A stretch of DNA of 64,000 nt from positions 9,381 through 73,380 of IMG/VR virus record IMGVR_UViG_3300024966_000001. One strand, written 5' to 3'. The notes beneath the pieces are model-generated. The model was not told the origin of the DNA, did no database searches, and was given only the letters and a program-made list of their open reading frames with translations. The stretch comes from a virus. Below are positions 1 through 7,650 of this stretch, piece by piece (position 1 is the first letter of the stretch; every line of letters starts with the position of its first letter). The position numbers and the translations under genes are program-made.

Positions 1-1
1 C

Positions 2-1285
2 GGCAACGACACGCGCAGCGGCTTATTCACCACAGCAATTAGAATTATTCGATGGGCAAGGAAAAATAACGGATGTCGTTTTGCATTATGGGAAAACGTC
101 CCCGGCGCTTTCAGTTCCAACAAAGGAGCAGACTTTGCGCGAGTGGTTAGCGAAATGGCAGGACTCGACGACGTTGCAGCCCCCAAAAACGGTTGGGGCA
201 CAGAAGGCGCAGCGGTTGGCGACAATGGAATGCTCGAGTGGGCTTGTTTGGACGCGCAATGGTCCGGACTGGCGCAGCGGCGCAAGCGCGTGTTCGCTCT
301 CGTCGATTTTGGAGACTGGGCCAGTAGACCGCCGATACTACTTGAGCGCCACAGCTTGCGCGGGGATACTCCGCCGAGCCGAGAAACGGGGCAAGGAGTT
401 ACCTATGATGTTGCACCATGCCTTACAAGCAGTGGCAGAGGGGTTGAGCGAGCAGGGGATACTAGAGGACAAGATCCGGTAGTGGCCGTAGCTTTGCGCG
501 GAAGAAATGGCGGAGCAACAGCAGAGCTTGGTGATGATGTTGGGTTTGCTCTTCGCGCTTCAGGCGGGGGAGGCGATAAGCCGCATGTGTTGTGTTTTGG
601 TGGAAATAACACCAGTGGTCCTGTAGAGGTTTCGTCAACTCTTAACGCACATGGTGTTCGACTTGATTTTGAGTCTGAATTATTTATTGCTCAACAAGAT
701 TCTTATCACAACCTCCCTGGTCCCGACGTATCGGGATGCCTTAACTCAAGCATGGGTAATGGCAAGAATGGACAGGATACTGGCTTGCTGGTACCTGTGC
801 CATATCACTCAACCGGCACCGGATATTGGCAGGAAGGTTTCGGCACTCTAAGAGCGCGGGCTCAGGACAGTCATGAGAACTTAATAGCTTTTTCGTGCAA
901 AGACAGCGGCGCGGATGCTGGGGCAATAAGTCCAACTTTGCGTAGCATGAATAGCGTAAACAGCAATCAAAATGCGGGTGGTCAAGTAGCAATTGCCCTG
1001 CAAACCGATGTAACGCCAAAAGCAAGCGTGGAGTTAGCATTTACACTTAAATTGCCGAGTAAAACCGGTGGTGGTCAGCCAGCAGCTGTAATGGCTCCGG
1101 ATATGGTGGTCCGCAGATTAACGGCAAGGGAGTGCGAGAGATTGATGGGTTTTCCTGACGATTTCACATTGATTTCTGTTCGCGGCAAGCCAGCAGCAGA
1201 TGGGCCAAGGTACAAGGCTTTGGGAAATAGTATGGCGGTATCGGTTATGGCTTATATCGGCCGGCAGATAATTCGGTGCTTATAG
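2..1285 (+). CDS. C5 cytosine DNA methyltransferase, 5' end outside the window, long repetitive variable region
   Basis: Frame is open from base 2 and contains WENVPG (motif VI), QRRKRVF (VIII), RRLTARECERLMGFPD (IX) and YKALGNSMAV (X). Confidence 0.9.
   Translation, partial: GNDTRSGLFTTAIRIIRWARKNNGCRFALWENVPGAFSSNKGADFARVVSEMAGLDDVAAPKNGWGTEGAAVGDNGMLEWACLDAQWSGLAQRRKRVFALVDFGDWASRPPILLERHSLRGDTPPSRETGQGVTYDVAPCLTSSGRGVERAGDTRGQDPVVAVALRGRNGGATAELGDDVGFALRASGGGGDKPHVLCFGGNNTSGPVEVSSTLNAHGVRLDFESELFIAQQDSYHNLPGPDVSGCLNSSMGNGKNGQDTGLLVPVPYHSTGTGYWQEGFGTLRARAQDSHENLIAFSCKDSGADAGAISPTLRSMNSVNSNQNAGGQVAIALQTDVTPKASVELAFTLKLPSKTGGGQPAAVMAPDMVVRRLTARECERLMGFPDDFTLISVRGKPAADGPRYKALGNSMAVSVMAYIGRQIIRCL
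81..482 (+). CDS. Alternative-frame ORF nested in the MTase, putative second MTase polypeptide
   Basis: CSLSSILETGPVDRRYYLSATACAGILRRAEKRGKELP resembles the LxDILE..V..KYYLS segment of C5 MTases; true start uncertain. Confidence 0.55.
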   Translation: MHYGKTSPALSVPTKEQTLREWLAKWQDSTTLQPPKTVGAQKAQRLATMECSSGLVWTRNGPDWRSGASACSLSSILETGPVDRRYYLSATACAGILRRAEKRGKELPMMLHHALQAVAEGLSEQGILEDKIR

Positions 1286-1377
1286 AGTCATCAGCATTCA
1301 GCACTATCAAGTCAATTTTGTAATCAGTAATCAGGAAAGCACTAATGAGCAATTTAAGTTTGATTGGAAATAAAACA

Positions 1378-1644
1378 ATGTCCAGTGTTGAGCCGGTGAA
1401 AACATTACTCGATATTGTGAAAGTAGGTTTAGTCGAGTCTGGATTTGATGGGCTTTTTAATGAATGCGGTGAGTGCGGGTGTGAGGTTTCAGATCTTGCG
1501 CCGGGTGACAAATGTTTTAACGAAGATTGTATTCCAGCTTACAAGCACACTCACTCAAGCAGTAAAGATTTTATCATGAGTACAAAAAAAGAAGGTTTTA
1601 CCGACGCGGATATAGAGGGCGTATTGAATGAAAGCTCTATTTGA
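1378..1644 (+). CDS. Hypothetical Cys-rich phage protein
   Basis: GFDGLFNECGECGC...DLAP...C motif; co-oriented in the operon. Confidence 0.6.
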   Translation: MSSVEPVKTLLDIVKVGLVESGFDGLFNECGECGCEVSDLAPGDKCFNEDCIPAYKHTHSSSKDFIMSTKKEGFTDADIEGVLNESSI

Positions 1645-1746
1645 AACCCTACAAATAGCCGTTGTGATAGCTATTTGCATGTTTGGATTATTCGCGGTGT
1701 TGTGCGTAACAGCACCAAAGCCGCCTATCTCAAGTGGAATTGATTG

Positions 1747-2208
1747 ATGGCACTGGAGATATTTTTCAGAAAACTCTATGACAAGCTGGTACCCGCTGAT
1801 GAATACCAGCTGGAGCTTATGGAAAGCTTGAAAATGAACGGCGAGTACAAGGCTGTTTTAACCCAGCCGCGCAATTATCTATTTCATAAGAAATTCTTTA
1901 AGTTTTTAAATAAGTGCTATCAAAACTATGAGCAGCCGGAAGTTTTTTATCAGGACATTAGGGTGTTTAAAAGTTTTGATCGGTTTCGCGATGAAATCAT
2001 CATTGCTTGCGGGTATTGGGAATTGGGTCTTGATAAGAGAAACAGAGTTATCCAGGTAGCTAAGTCAATCAGCTTTGCAAAGATGGATCAGGTTCAATTT
2101 GAGCAACTTTTCAGCAAAGCCATTGACGTTATTTTAGCTGATTATTTGCCGAACTATGGGCGTGAAGATATGGATGCGCTGGTTGCTGAGATTTTGAGGT
2201 TTTCGTGA
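1747..2208 (+). CDS. DUF1367 / NinB-like protein
   Basis: PRNYLFHKKFF, FDRFR..IIIACGY and AKSISFAKMDQ motifs. Confidence 0.75.
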   Translation: MALEIFFRKLYDKLVPADEYQLELMESLKMNGEYKAVLTQPRNYLFHKKFFKFLNKCYQNYEQPEVFYQDIRVFKSFDRFRDEIIIACGYWELGLDKRNRVIQVAKSISFAKMDQVQFEQLFSKAIDVILADYLPNYGREDMDALVAEILRFS

Positions 2209-2459
2209 TGAGCACAGCAACGGAAAAACGGCACATGGGAAGGGTCGCCGCGCTTGGCTGTTTGATTTGCCAGCAGCCAGCCAATGTGCATCACATTCGC
2301 ACAGAGCGGATCAAGAGCGATTTCCTGGTGATACCGCTTTGCAGAGAGCACCACCAAGGGGATTTTAGTATTCACATGAGTAAGCGTCAGTTTGAGGGTG
2401 TTTACGGCTCTGAGTTACATCTTTTGGCTCAGACGATAGAGAGATTAACAAAAATATGA
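2205..2459 (+). CDS. Ref/DUF968-like HNH-type recombination nuclease
   Basis: CLIC...HHIR...VIPLC.EHH. Confidence 0.7.
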   Translation: MMSTATEKRHMGRVAALGCLICQQPANVHHIRTERIKSDFLVIPLCREHHQGDFSIHMSKRQFEGVYGSELHLLAQTIERLTKI

Positions 2460-2461
2460 AT

Positions 2462-2491
2462 TTGACATGCGCCTGTAACCACGGCTATCCT
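2462..2491 (+). promoter_or_regulatory. Sigma70 promoter of antisense module 1
   Basis: TTGACA 2462-2467, 18-bp spacer, TATCCT 2486-2491. Confidence 0.65.
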
Positions 2492-2496
2492 TTACT

Positions 2497-2730
2497 CACT
2501 GCCCCACATTGGGCAGGCGGGTTTTTGCAGGCTCGGTTGGAACTGGCGCAAAGAAGATATGCGTCAACAGGCGTATGTCTTTTTTTATGCCCTCACTTTT
2601 TATGGTGGGCGGCGTATTTGGGAGGCGAAAGCCTGGCGGCCAGTTCCCGCTCTGCAAACCCGGATATGTTGTCCACCGCCCAAGTTTTTGCAGGCTTGTT
2701 CGGTGGCTTTAATTCACTGAACTGGAGTCT
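2497..2730 (+). ncRNA. C4/IsrK-like antisense RNA leader, module 1 (ash-type region)
   Basis: Seeds CCAGTTC (2640) and CTGCAAA (2652) are complementary to GAACTGG and TTTGCAG upstream (2540, 2524) and downstream (2719, 2687); hairpin plus T-tract near 2555-2588. Confidence 0.6.
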
Positions 2731-2734
2731 GAAA

Positions 2735-2812
2735 ATGAATAACCAATCCCAAGTTACGCCCGTAATCCGCGTAGAAAACACCGACATCCCCGTAACCGTT
2801 TACCAAGCAGAT
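2735..2812 (+). pseudogene. Truncated N-terminus of an ORF6N antirepressor (MNNQSQVTPVIRVENTDIPVTVYQ)
   Basis: Similar to VENIQIPVVVYQ at the start of 3045..3773; similarity stops at the next TTGACA promoter. Confidence 0.5.
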
Positions 2813-2813
2813 A

Positions 2814-3040
2814 TTGACAGCCCGCAAAAACCGGATGATACTGACCGCACTACAACGTTAAGCGGCCAACCGCACCCGACAGCCTTTGCGGTTTTTTTAC
2901 GCCCAAAATTTCATTATGGGCGGGACGATAGGCCAAAATACAAGACCTTCGGGGAATATGCCAGCCGTCTTAACGCGGTAGTTGAGTCCCGCCTTCCCAC
3001 TACTAATGGGAAGGTTTTCAAACTAAACGTTAAGGAGACC
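2814..3040 (+). ncRNA. Sigma70 promoter plus C4-like antisense leader, module 2
   Basis: TTGACA 2814, 17-bp spacer, GATACT 2837; CCGCA..TGCGG-T7 attenuator; seed CTTAACG (2969) matches CGTTAAG at 2856 and at 3028 (over the SD). Confidence 0.65.
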
Positions 3041-3044
3041 TTCA

Positions 3045-3773
3045 ATGGTTGCTCAATCTAGTCACACCCAAAATCCGTCCACCGTTTGCGTGGAAAATAT
3101 CCAAATTCCGGTTGTTGTTTATCAAGATGCTCGTGTAATTACCACGGACTTGCTTGCTCAGGTCTATGGTTCAGAATCAAGACGTATAACAGAAAATTTC
3201 ACTCGCAATCAAGACCGCTTTGAAGTGGGCAAGCACTATTTCAAACTAGAAGGCGAAGAACTAACACGCTTTAAGCGTAGTAGTCCGCAAATCTCAAAAC
3301 AAGCTCGTCATTTAATCCTTTGGACCGAACGCGGCGCAGCCCGCCACGCCAAGATGCTCGACACCGACCAAGCCTGGGACGTGTTCGACAAACTGGAGTC
3401 GGCTTACTTCGAGCCGACAAAAGCGCTACCCACACAGGAACCCGCCAAGCTGCCGCCTGCCGACGACCTCCCTCCCGACGTTTTAGCGGTGATTGACCAC
3501 CGCGCAATGGCGATGTCTATCCGGCACTATGACAAATACAGACAAGAATTGCGCAAGGCGATCAAAAGCTGGGGGCAACATCTGACCGGGCAAATGCTGG
3601 TCGAATTCGTCAAAACCATCGAGATGAAGGACAGCCAGCTGGTTATCGTCCACAGTGACACGTTGTGGCGGCTGTCCACCCGGCTGTCCACGCTGGAAGT
3701 CGTGCAACGCGAAGCGCTGGATGCCGTGCATACGCTGGAGCAAGAAACAGGAAGGTCCTGGTACGGAAGGTAA
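3045..3773 (+). CDS. ORF6N-domain phage antirepressor-like protein
   Basis: RVITTDLLAQVYG...NF.RN..RF..GKHYFKLEGEEL...LWTERGAARHAKMLDTDQAW; SD AAGGAG. Confidence 0.85.
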   Translation: MVAQSSHTQNPSTVCVENIQIPVVVYQDARVITTDLLAQVYGSESRRITENFTRNQDRFEVGKHYFKLEGEELTRFKRSSPQISKQARHLILWTERGAARHAKMLDTDQAWDVFDKLESAYFEPTKALPTQEPAKLPPADDLPPDVLAVIDHRAMAMSIRHYDKYRQELRKAIKSWGQHLTGQMLVEFVKTIEMKDSQLVIVHSDTLWRLSTRLSTLEVVQREALDAVHTLEQETGRSWYGR

Positions 3774-3884
3774 GGAATATTAACGGCCAGGGATGGCTAT
3801 ATGAAAACAGTTTAAATAGTTTGTCAAGTAATTAATTTTAAAGGATAAGTTGTATAATATTGGCTTAAAAATAAAGGATAAAAC

Positions 3885-4379
3885 ATGCTCAATAAAGTTA
3901 TGTTAATTGGCCGATTGGGAGCTGATCCCGAAGTTCGCTACATGCCGAGCGGCGGAGCCGTTACCACAATTCGCATGGCAACGTCGAGGCGCTGGAAAGA
4001 TAAGCAATCGGGTGAGCGCCGCGAAGAAACCGAATGGCATAGGGTGGTGTTTTATAATCGTTTGGCTGAAATTGCCGGCGAGTATTTAAAAAAAGGCAGT
4101 CAGGCTTATGTTGAGGGGCGTATTCGCACTCAGAAATGGCAAGGTCAAGACGGTCAGGATCGCTACACCACGGAAATCATTGCCGATACCATGAATATGC
4201 TGGATAGCCGCAGCGGCGGCACTTCCGAGTTTGGCGGCGAACAGCCGCAGGGCGGATATTCCGCTCCCGCATCAAGACCGGACAACCCGCCCCAGCCATC
4301 GGCGCCGCAAAGCAGTTCCGGCTCCATGCCGCCGCCACCGCCAAATTATGACGATTTTGATGATGATATCCCGTTCTAG
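3885..4379 (+). CDS. ssb: Single-stranded DNA-binding protein
   Basis: [19 protein letters not shown]...TEWHRVV; C-terminal DFDDDIPF. Confidence 0.97.
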   Translation: MLNKVMLIGRLGADPEVRYMPSGGAVTTIRMATSRRWKDKQSGERREETEWHRVVFYNRLAEIAGEYLKKGSQAYVEGRIRTQKWQGQDGQDRYTTEIIADTMNMLDSRSGGTSEFGGEQPQGGYSAPASRPDNPPQPSAPQSSSGSMPPPPPNYDDFDDDIPF

Positions 4380-4391
4380 AGGTCACCTAGC

Positions 4392-4481
4392 ATGGTTCTT
4401 TTAATGGTTTTTATATGGGCGGCTCTTAGTAATCATTGGATGGTTGCTTTGGCGCTGCTTTATTGCATGCTGACATATTAA
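4392..4481 (+). CDS. Small hydrophobic peptide (29 aa)
   Basis: GAGGT SD; MVLLMVFIWAALSNHWMVALALLYCMLTY; fills the gap between ssb and the resolvase. Confidence 0.35.
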   Translation: MVLLMVFIWAALSNHWMVALALLYCMLTY

Positions 4482-4482
4482 T

Positions 4483-4914
4483 ATGACTAAAGTTATCGGC
4501 ATTGACCCAGGCAAGACAACTGGTTTCGCTCTTTGCATTGATGGTCAGTTGACGCATGTTATACCTACTGATTTCTGGGGGTGTATTAGGCTGATTGATG
4601 ATTGCCCGGATGCAACTATAGTTGTCGAACTGCCATTAACAAAGCACGTTTGGCACAACGGCGCTACATCAAAGAGAGCAGTACAGCGTACTGGCGTCAA
4701 TGTTGGGTCGTGTATCCGGGAGGCCGAATTGATAGTCGAGTATCTTCAAAAAAATGGCCGCAACTACATTACTCAAAAACCCAAAGGAAAATTAAATGCT
4801 GAGTCATTTAAAAAAATAACTGGATGGAAAGGACCGACAAACCAGCATGCAAGAGATGCAGCGATGCTGTGCTTTGGGTTAAAAAATTTAAATAAAGTAC
4901 AGGTGAGTCAATGA
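4483..4914 (+). CDS. RuvC-like Holliday junction resolvase
   Basis: VIGIDPGKTTG, IVVE, NQHARDAA acidic triad pattern. Confidence 0.8.
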   Translation: MTKVIGIDPGKTTGFALCIDGQLTHVIPTDFWGCIRLIDDCPDATIVVELPLTKHVWHNGATSKRAVQRTGVNVGSCIREAELIVEYLQKNGRNYITQKPKGKLNAESFKKITGWKGPTNQHARDAAMLCFGLKNLNKVQVSQ

Positions 4915-5114
4915 TCGATCAGAATGAGTTCGCGCATAACGGCGTGGCCTATGTGGCCGAATCATCGCCATCGGTAGGCAGTGTATGTTTTGGCTGTGCA
5001 TTTTTTGATTATGGTTGCTTTTCGCCTGTAGTTGATAGTTATTCGTGTAGATCAAGCGTTAGAACCGATAAGCGCGACATAATCTGGAAAAGAAAGCTTG
5101 GTGCTCATGAGTAA
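4911..5114 (+). CDS. Hypothetical Cys-rich protein
   Basis: CFGCAF...C...R.DKRDIIW; ATGA overlap with the upstream gene. Confidence 0.6.
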   Translation: MIDQNEFAHNGVAYVAESSPSVGSVCFGCAFFDYGCFSPVVDSYSCRSSVRTDKRDIIWKRKLGAHE

Positions 5115-5277
5115 CGATCTTGACACGCATTGGTTCAGGGCTAAGTGCGATGCCAACTATATCCCTGCAAATGCCGACAAAGAGCACGACTTTATCGAGC
5201 GTGTTGGCATGAAGAATGATAGCGGCACTAGCTTAGAGGATTCGAGAAACGAAGCTTGGAAGGAGTGTTTTGCATGA
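5107..5277 (+). CDS. Hypothetical protein (56 aa)
   Basis: MSNDLDTHWFRAKC...DFIERVG...; coupled to both neighbours. Confidence 0.5.
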   Translation: MSNDLDTHWFRAKCDANYIPANADKEHDFIERVGMKNDSGTSLEDSRNEAWKECFA

Positions 5278-5522
5278 GCAGGGTTATAGTTATTGGAACT
5301 GGCATATCTGCGAACGTAAGAGCTTTGATGTTGGCTAAATTATCGCTTATTTGCATAGTTCAAGAGCAAACCAAAATTGATAGCGAGGTTGGGGCACCGG
5401 TGATTATTAGGTGTTTTGATCATCATGACATCGATGCTTCATCTTTTATCAAAAAAAAACACTGTGATGGCCGTGGTTCGTGGCCCGATACTCGAAAAAG
5501 ACATAATTCCAGGAAAAAATGA
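5274..5522 (+). CDS. Hypothetical protein
   Basis: ATGA overlap and AGGAG SD. Confidence 0.5.
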   Translation: MSRVIVIGTGISANVRALMLAKLSLICIVQEQTKIDSEVGAPVIIRCFDHHDIDASSFIKKKHCDGRGSWPDTRKRHNSRKK

Positions 5523-5760
5523 TAGAAACAATAATTGTATTAACCGGTACGGCTGTACTGGTTTATTTTTGGGTTAAGGAGTGGTTGAGTGAGCATGAAG
5601 CCAAAAATTAAAAAGCAGTACGGCAGCTGGGTATGTGTGTGCGATATGGGCATTATTGGGGAAGGCGACATACCGATAATCGCGTTTCTTGATTGGCAGT
5701 TAAAGCGTAAAAAACAAAGGTAAAACAATTTCTGGTTTATTAAAGGAACTTAATCTGCTT

Positions 5761-6810
5761 ATGGTAAGTCAATCCGTTATTGATGATGTAAATGAAACCG
5801 TTCAGTTGATTATTGCTGATATGGTTATTGCAAGTGGCGATGATAACAGAGAGTATTTTGAACGACGTTTTTACCGGGAGCCAGGTATTTACCGGTTACC
5901 GGAACCAATACAGCCGATCATGGTTGATATGGCGCGAAAGATGGGTACCGTACCGGCAATCAAAGCCATGCAACGGGCTTTTACAGCGCATGGCTGCTAT
6001 TTAAAGCCTGATGGCATTATTGGGCCGATCACTGTTTCGGTGTCAAACCTGATGTACCCGGTTTACGGACAACAAGTAAAAGATGCATTGGTAAAGGAAG
6101 TCGTTGAATTTTATGCCCGCAGGTCCGATAAAAAAACAGCTCATAAGCCAATTCTGGATAACCGGATTACCGCGGCATCGTTGAGGGCTGAGCAGGTCGA
6201 AATGGTGAAGGTCATGGGGTCAAGATTCAAGGAAGCCCGTGAGATTTGCAATATGTCGCAGATATTGGCCGCCAAGGAACTGGGTTACTCAAACTCATCG
6301 AAGCTGGCCAAGATCGAGGGTAGCACTGACACCATTTCAGTGCCGCTATGGGTAATACGCCGAGCGGCCAGGTTGTACGATGTATCTATTGATTTCTTAT
6401 TCGGGGAAACCGACGACTGGGAGCGGGATATAACCGCTTCCCGGCAGAACAATGTTGCGCGCTGGCTGGTTGAGTACGGAAAACAGGCTGACGCGGCCAA
6501 GATAAGCGCCTTCCTGGTTCTAAACAATAAGCTTTCAGCGCTGGAAAAGGCGGTCGATGTAGCGGTTAAGCGGTCAAATGAGAATTTAACTGTGTTGCGG
6601 CGCATTCAAGAGCTGAACCCGGAATTTGATGAGCTGAAGGGTGGTTCCAAGCTTGTATTATGTGCTCAAGAGTCAGTGGTTGATGCAAATAAGGCGATGG
6701 CCGAGCTTAAGCGGTTTCATTGTTTGATTGAGGCTTCTCATTCAAATGGGGTTGTGTTGTTCAAGAACGTGGATCTTTTTGATTATAAGGATGATGGGTT
6801 TGATTACTAA
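5761..6810 (+). CDS. XRE-type HTH regulator with an N-terminal peptidoglycan-binding-like segment
   Basis: RFKEAREICNMSQ..AAKELGY.NSS.LAKIE...AARLYDVSIDFLFG; N-terminal AIKAMQRA....LKPDGIIGPIT. Confidence 0.7.
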   Translation: MVSQSVIDDVNETVQLIIADMVIASGDDNREYFERRFYREPGIYRLPEPIQPIMVDMARKMGTVPAIKAMQRAFTAHGCYLKPDGIIGPITVSVSNLMYPVYGQQVKDALVKEVVEFYARRSDKKTAHKPILDNRITAASLRAEQVEMVKVMGSRFKEAREICNMSQILAAKELGYSNSSKLAKIEGSTDTISVPLWVIRRAARLYDVSIDFLFGETDDWERDITASRQNNVARWLVEYGKQADAAKISAFLVLNNKLSALEKAVDVAVKRSNENLTVLRRIQELNPEFDELKGGSKLVLCAQESVVDANKAMAELKRFHCLIEASHSNGVVLFKNVDLFDYKDDGFDY

Positions 6811-6822
6811 GGTTTGTTTTTA

Positions 6823-7650
6823 ATGGCACGGCTAACTAAACAGCAATGGTCCGATGCCCGCAAGGTATGGGAACTTGACCCGCGTGAAGGCCATCAGTGG
6901 CTTGCCGATGATTTGATTGGTAAGGGCTTTGATGTAAACCGGGTAGCCATTGCCAAGGCTGCAAAAAGACAGGAATGGGCTAAGGTCACTCAGGGCGAAA
7001 AAGTCACTGAAAGCGTCACTCAAAAAGTCACTCAGAGTGACAAAAAGTCACTTAAAAAAGTTACTACTAAAAAAACAAAAACGGTACCAGTTATTACCGA
7101 TGCGGTGTGGGAAGAGGTAGATGAAAAGACCGAGCGATTGCATGGGAATTCTCTTTATAAACATGAATATGCTGAGCAAGTTTATAAGTTGTGCTTGTTG
7201 AGTGCTACTGATGTTGAGATAGCAGACTTTTTTAGAGTGTCTGAGCAAACAATTAACAACTGGAAGCATGGTTATCCCGATTTCCTTGAGTCCCTGCACC
7301 GTGGCAAGCTCATGGCTGATGCCAATGTAACGGACAGGCTTTATCAGCGAGCTATGGGCTATTCGCATGCTGATGAAAAGATATTTAATAACATGGGTGA
7401 GATTGTCAGGGCTGAAACCATTAAACACTATCCTCCCGACACTGGCGCTATAAAGTTATGGTTGTTCAATCGTCGACCTAAAGATTGGAAAGCCAACGTT
7501 GAGGCTCCTATTGAAATCAATCTGAATGTATTCCCAGCAAAAGAAGTGCTGGATGGTATTTATGAAAAAGCGCTTGAAGAAGCAGCCAAGCGTGATCAAA
7601 AGCTAATCGGCAGGCGTGAGCGGCTGGGTATATTGATCGAGCACGATTAA
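6823..7650 (+). CDS. Terminase small subunit (PacA-like)
   Basis: ATDVEIADFFRVSEQTINNWK..YPDF...KHYPPDTGA..LWL.NRRP..W; directly before terL. Confidence 0.85.
   Translation: MARLTKQQWSDARKVWELDPREGHQWLADDLIGKGFDVNRVAIAKAAKRQEWAKVTQGEKVTESVTQKVTQSDKKSLKKVTTKKTKTVPVITDAVWEEVDEKTERLHGNSLYKHEYAEQVYKLCLLSATDVEIADFFRVSEQTINNWKHGYPDFLESLHRGKLMADANVTDRLYQRAMGYSHADEKIFNNMGEIVRAETIKHYPPDTGAIKLWLFNRRPKDWKANVEAPIEINLNVFPAKEVLDGIYEKALEEAAKRDQKLIGRRERLGILIEHD
6985..7065. repeat. Cluster of GTCACT hexamers inside terS, candidate pac site
   Basis: GTCACT at 6985, 7003, 7015, 7027 and 7047; inverted AGTGAC at 7036; GTTACT at 7060. Confidence 0.6.

Noticed and set aside
2456-3061. 201-aa ORF, and the 90-aa N-terminal extension of 62243..63214
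   Set aside because: They run through promoters and structured leaders; the shared TAPHWAGG reflects conserved RNA sequence. Short ash/icd-like peptides cannot be excluded
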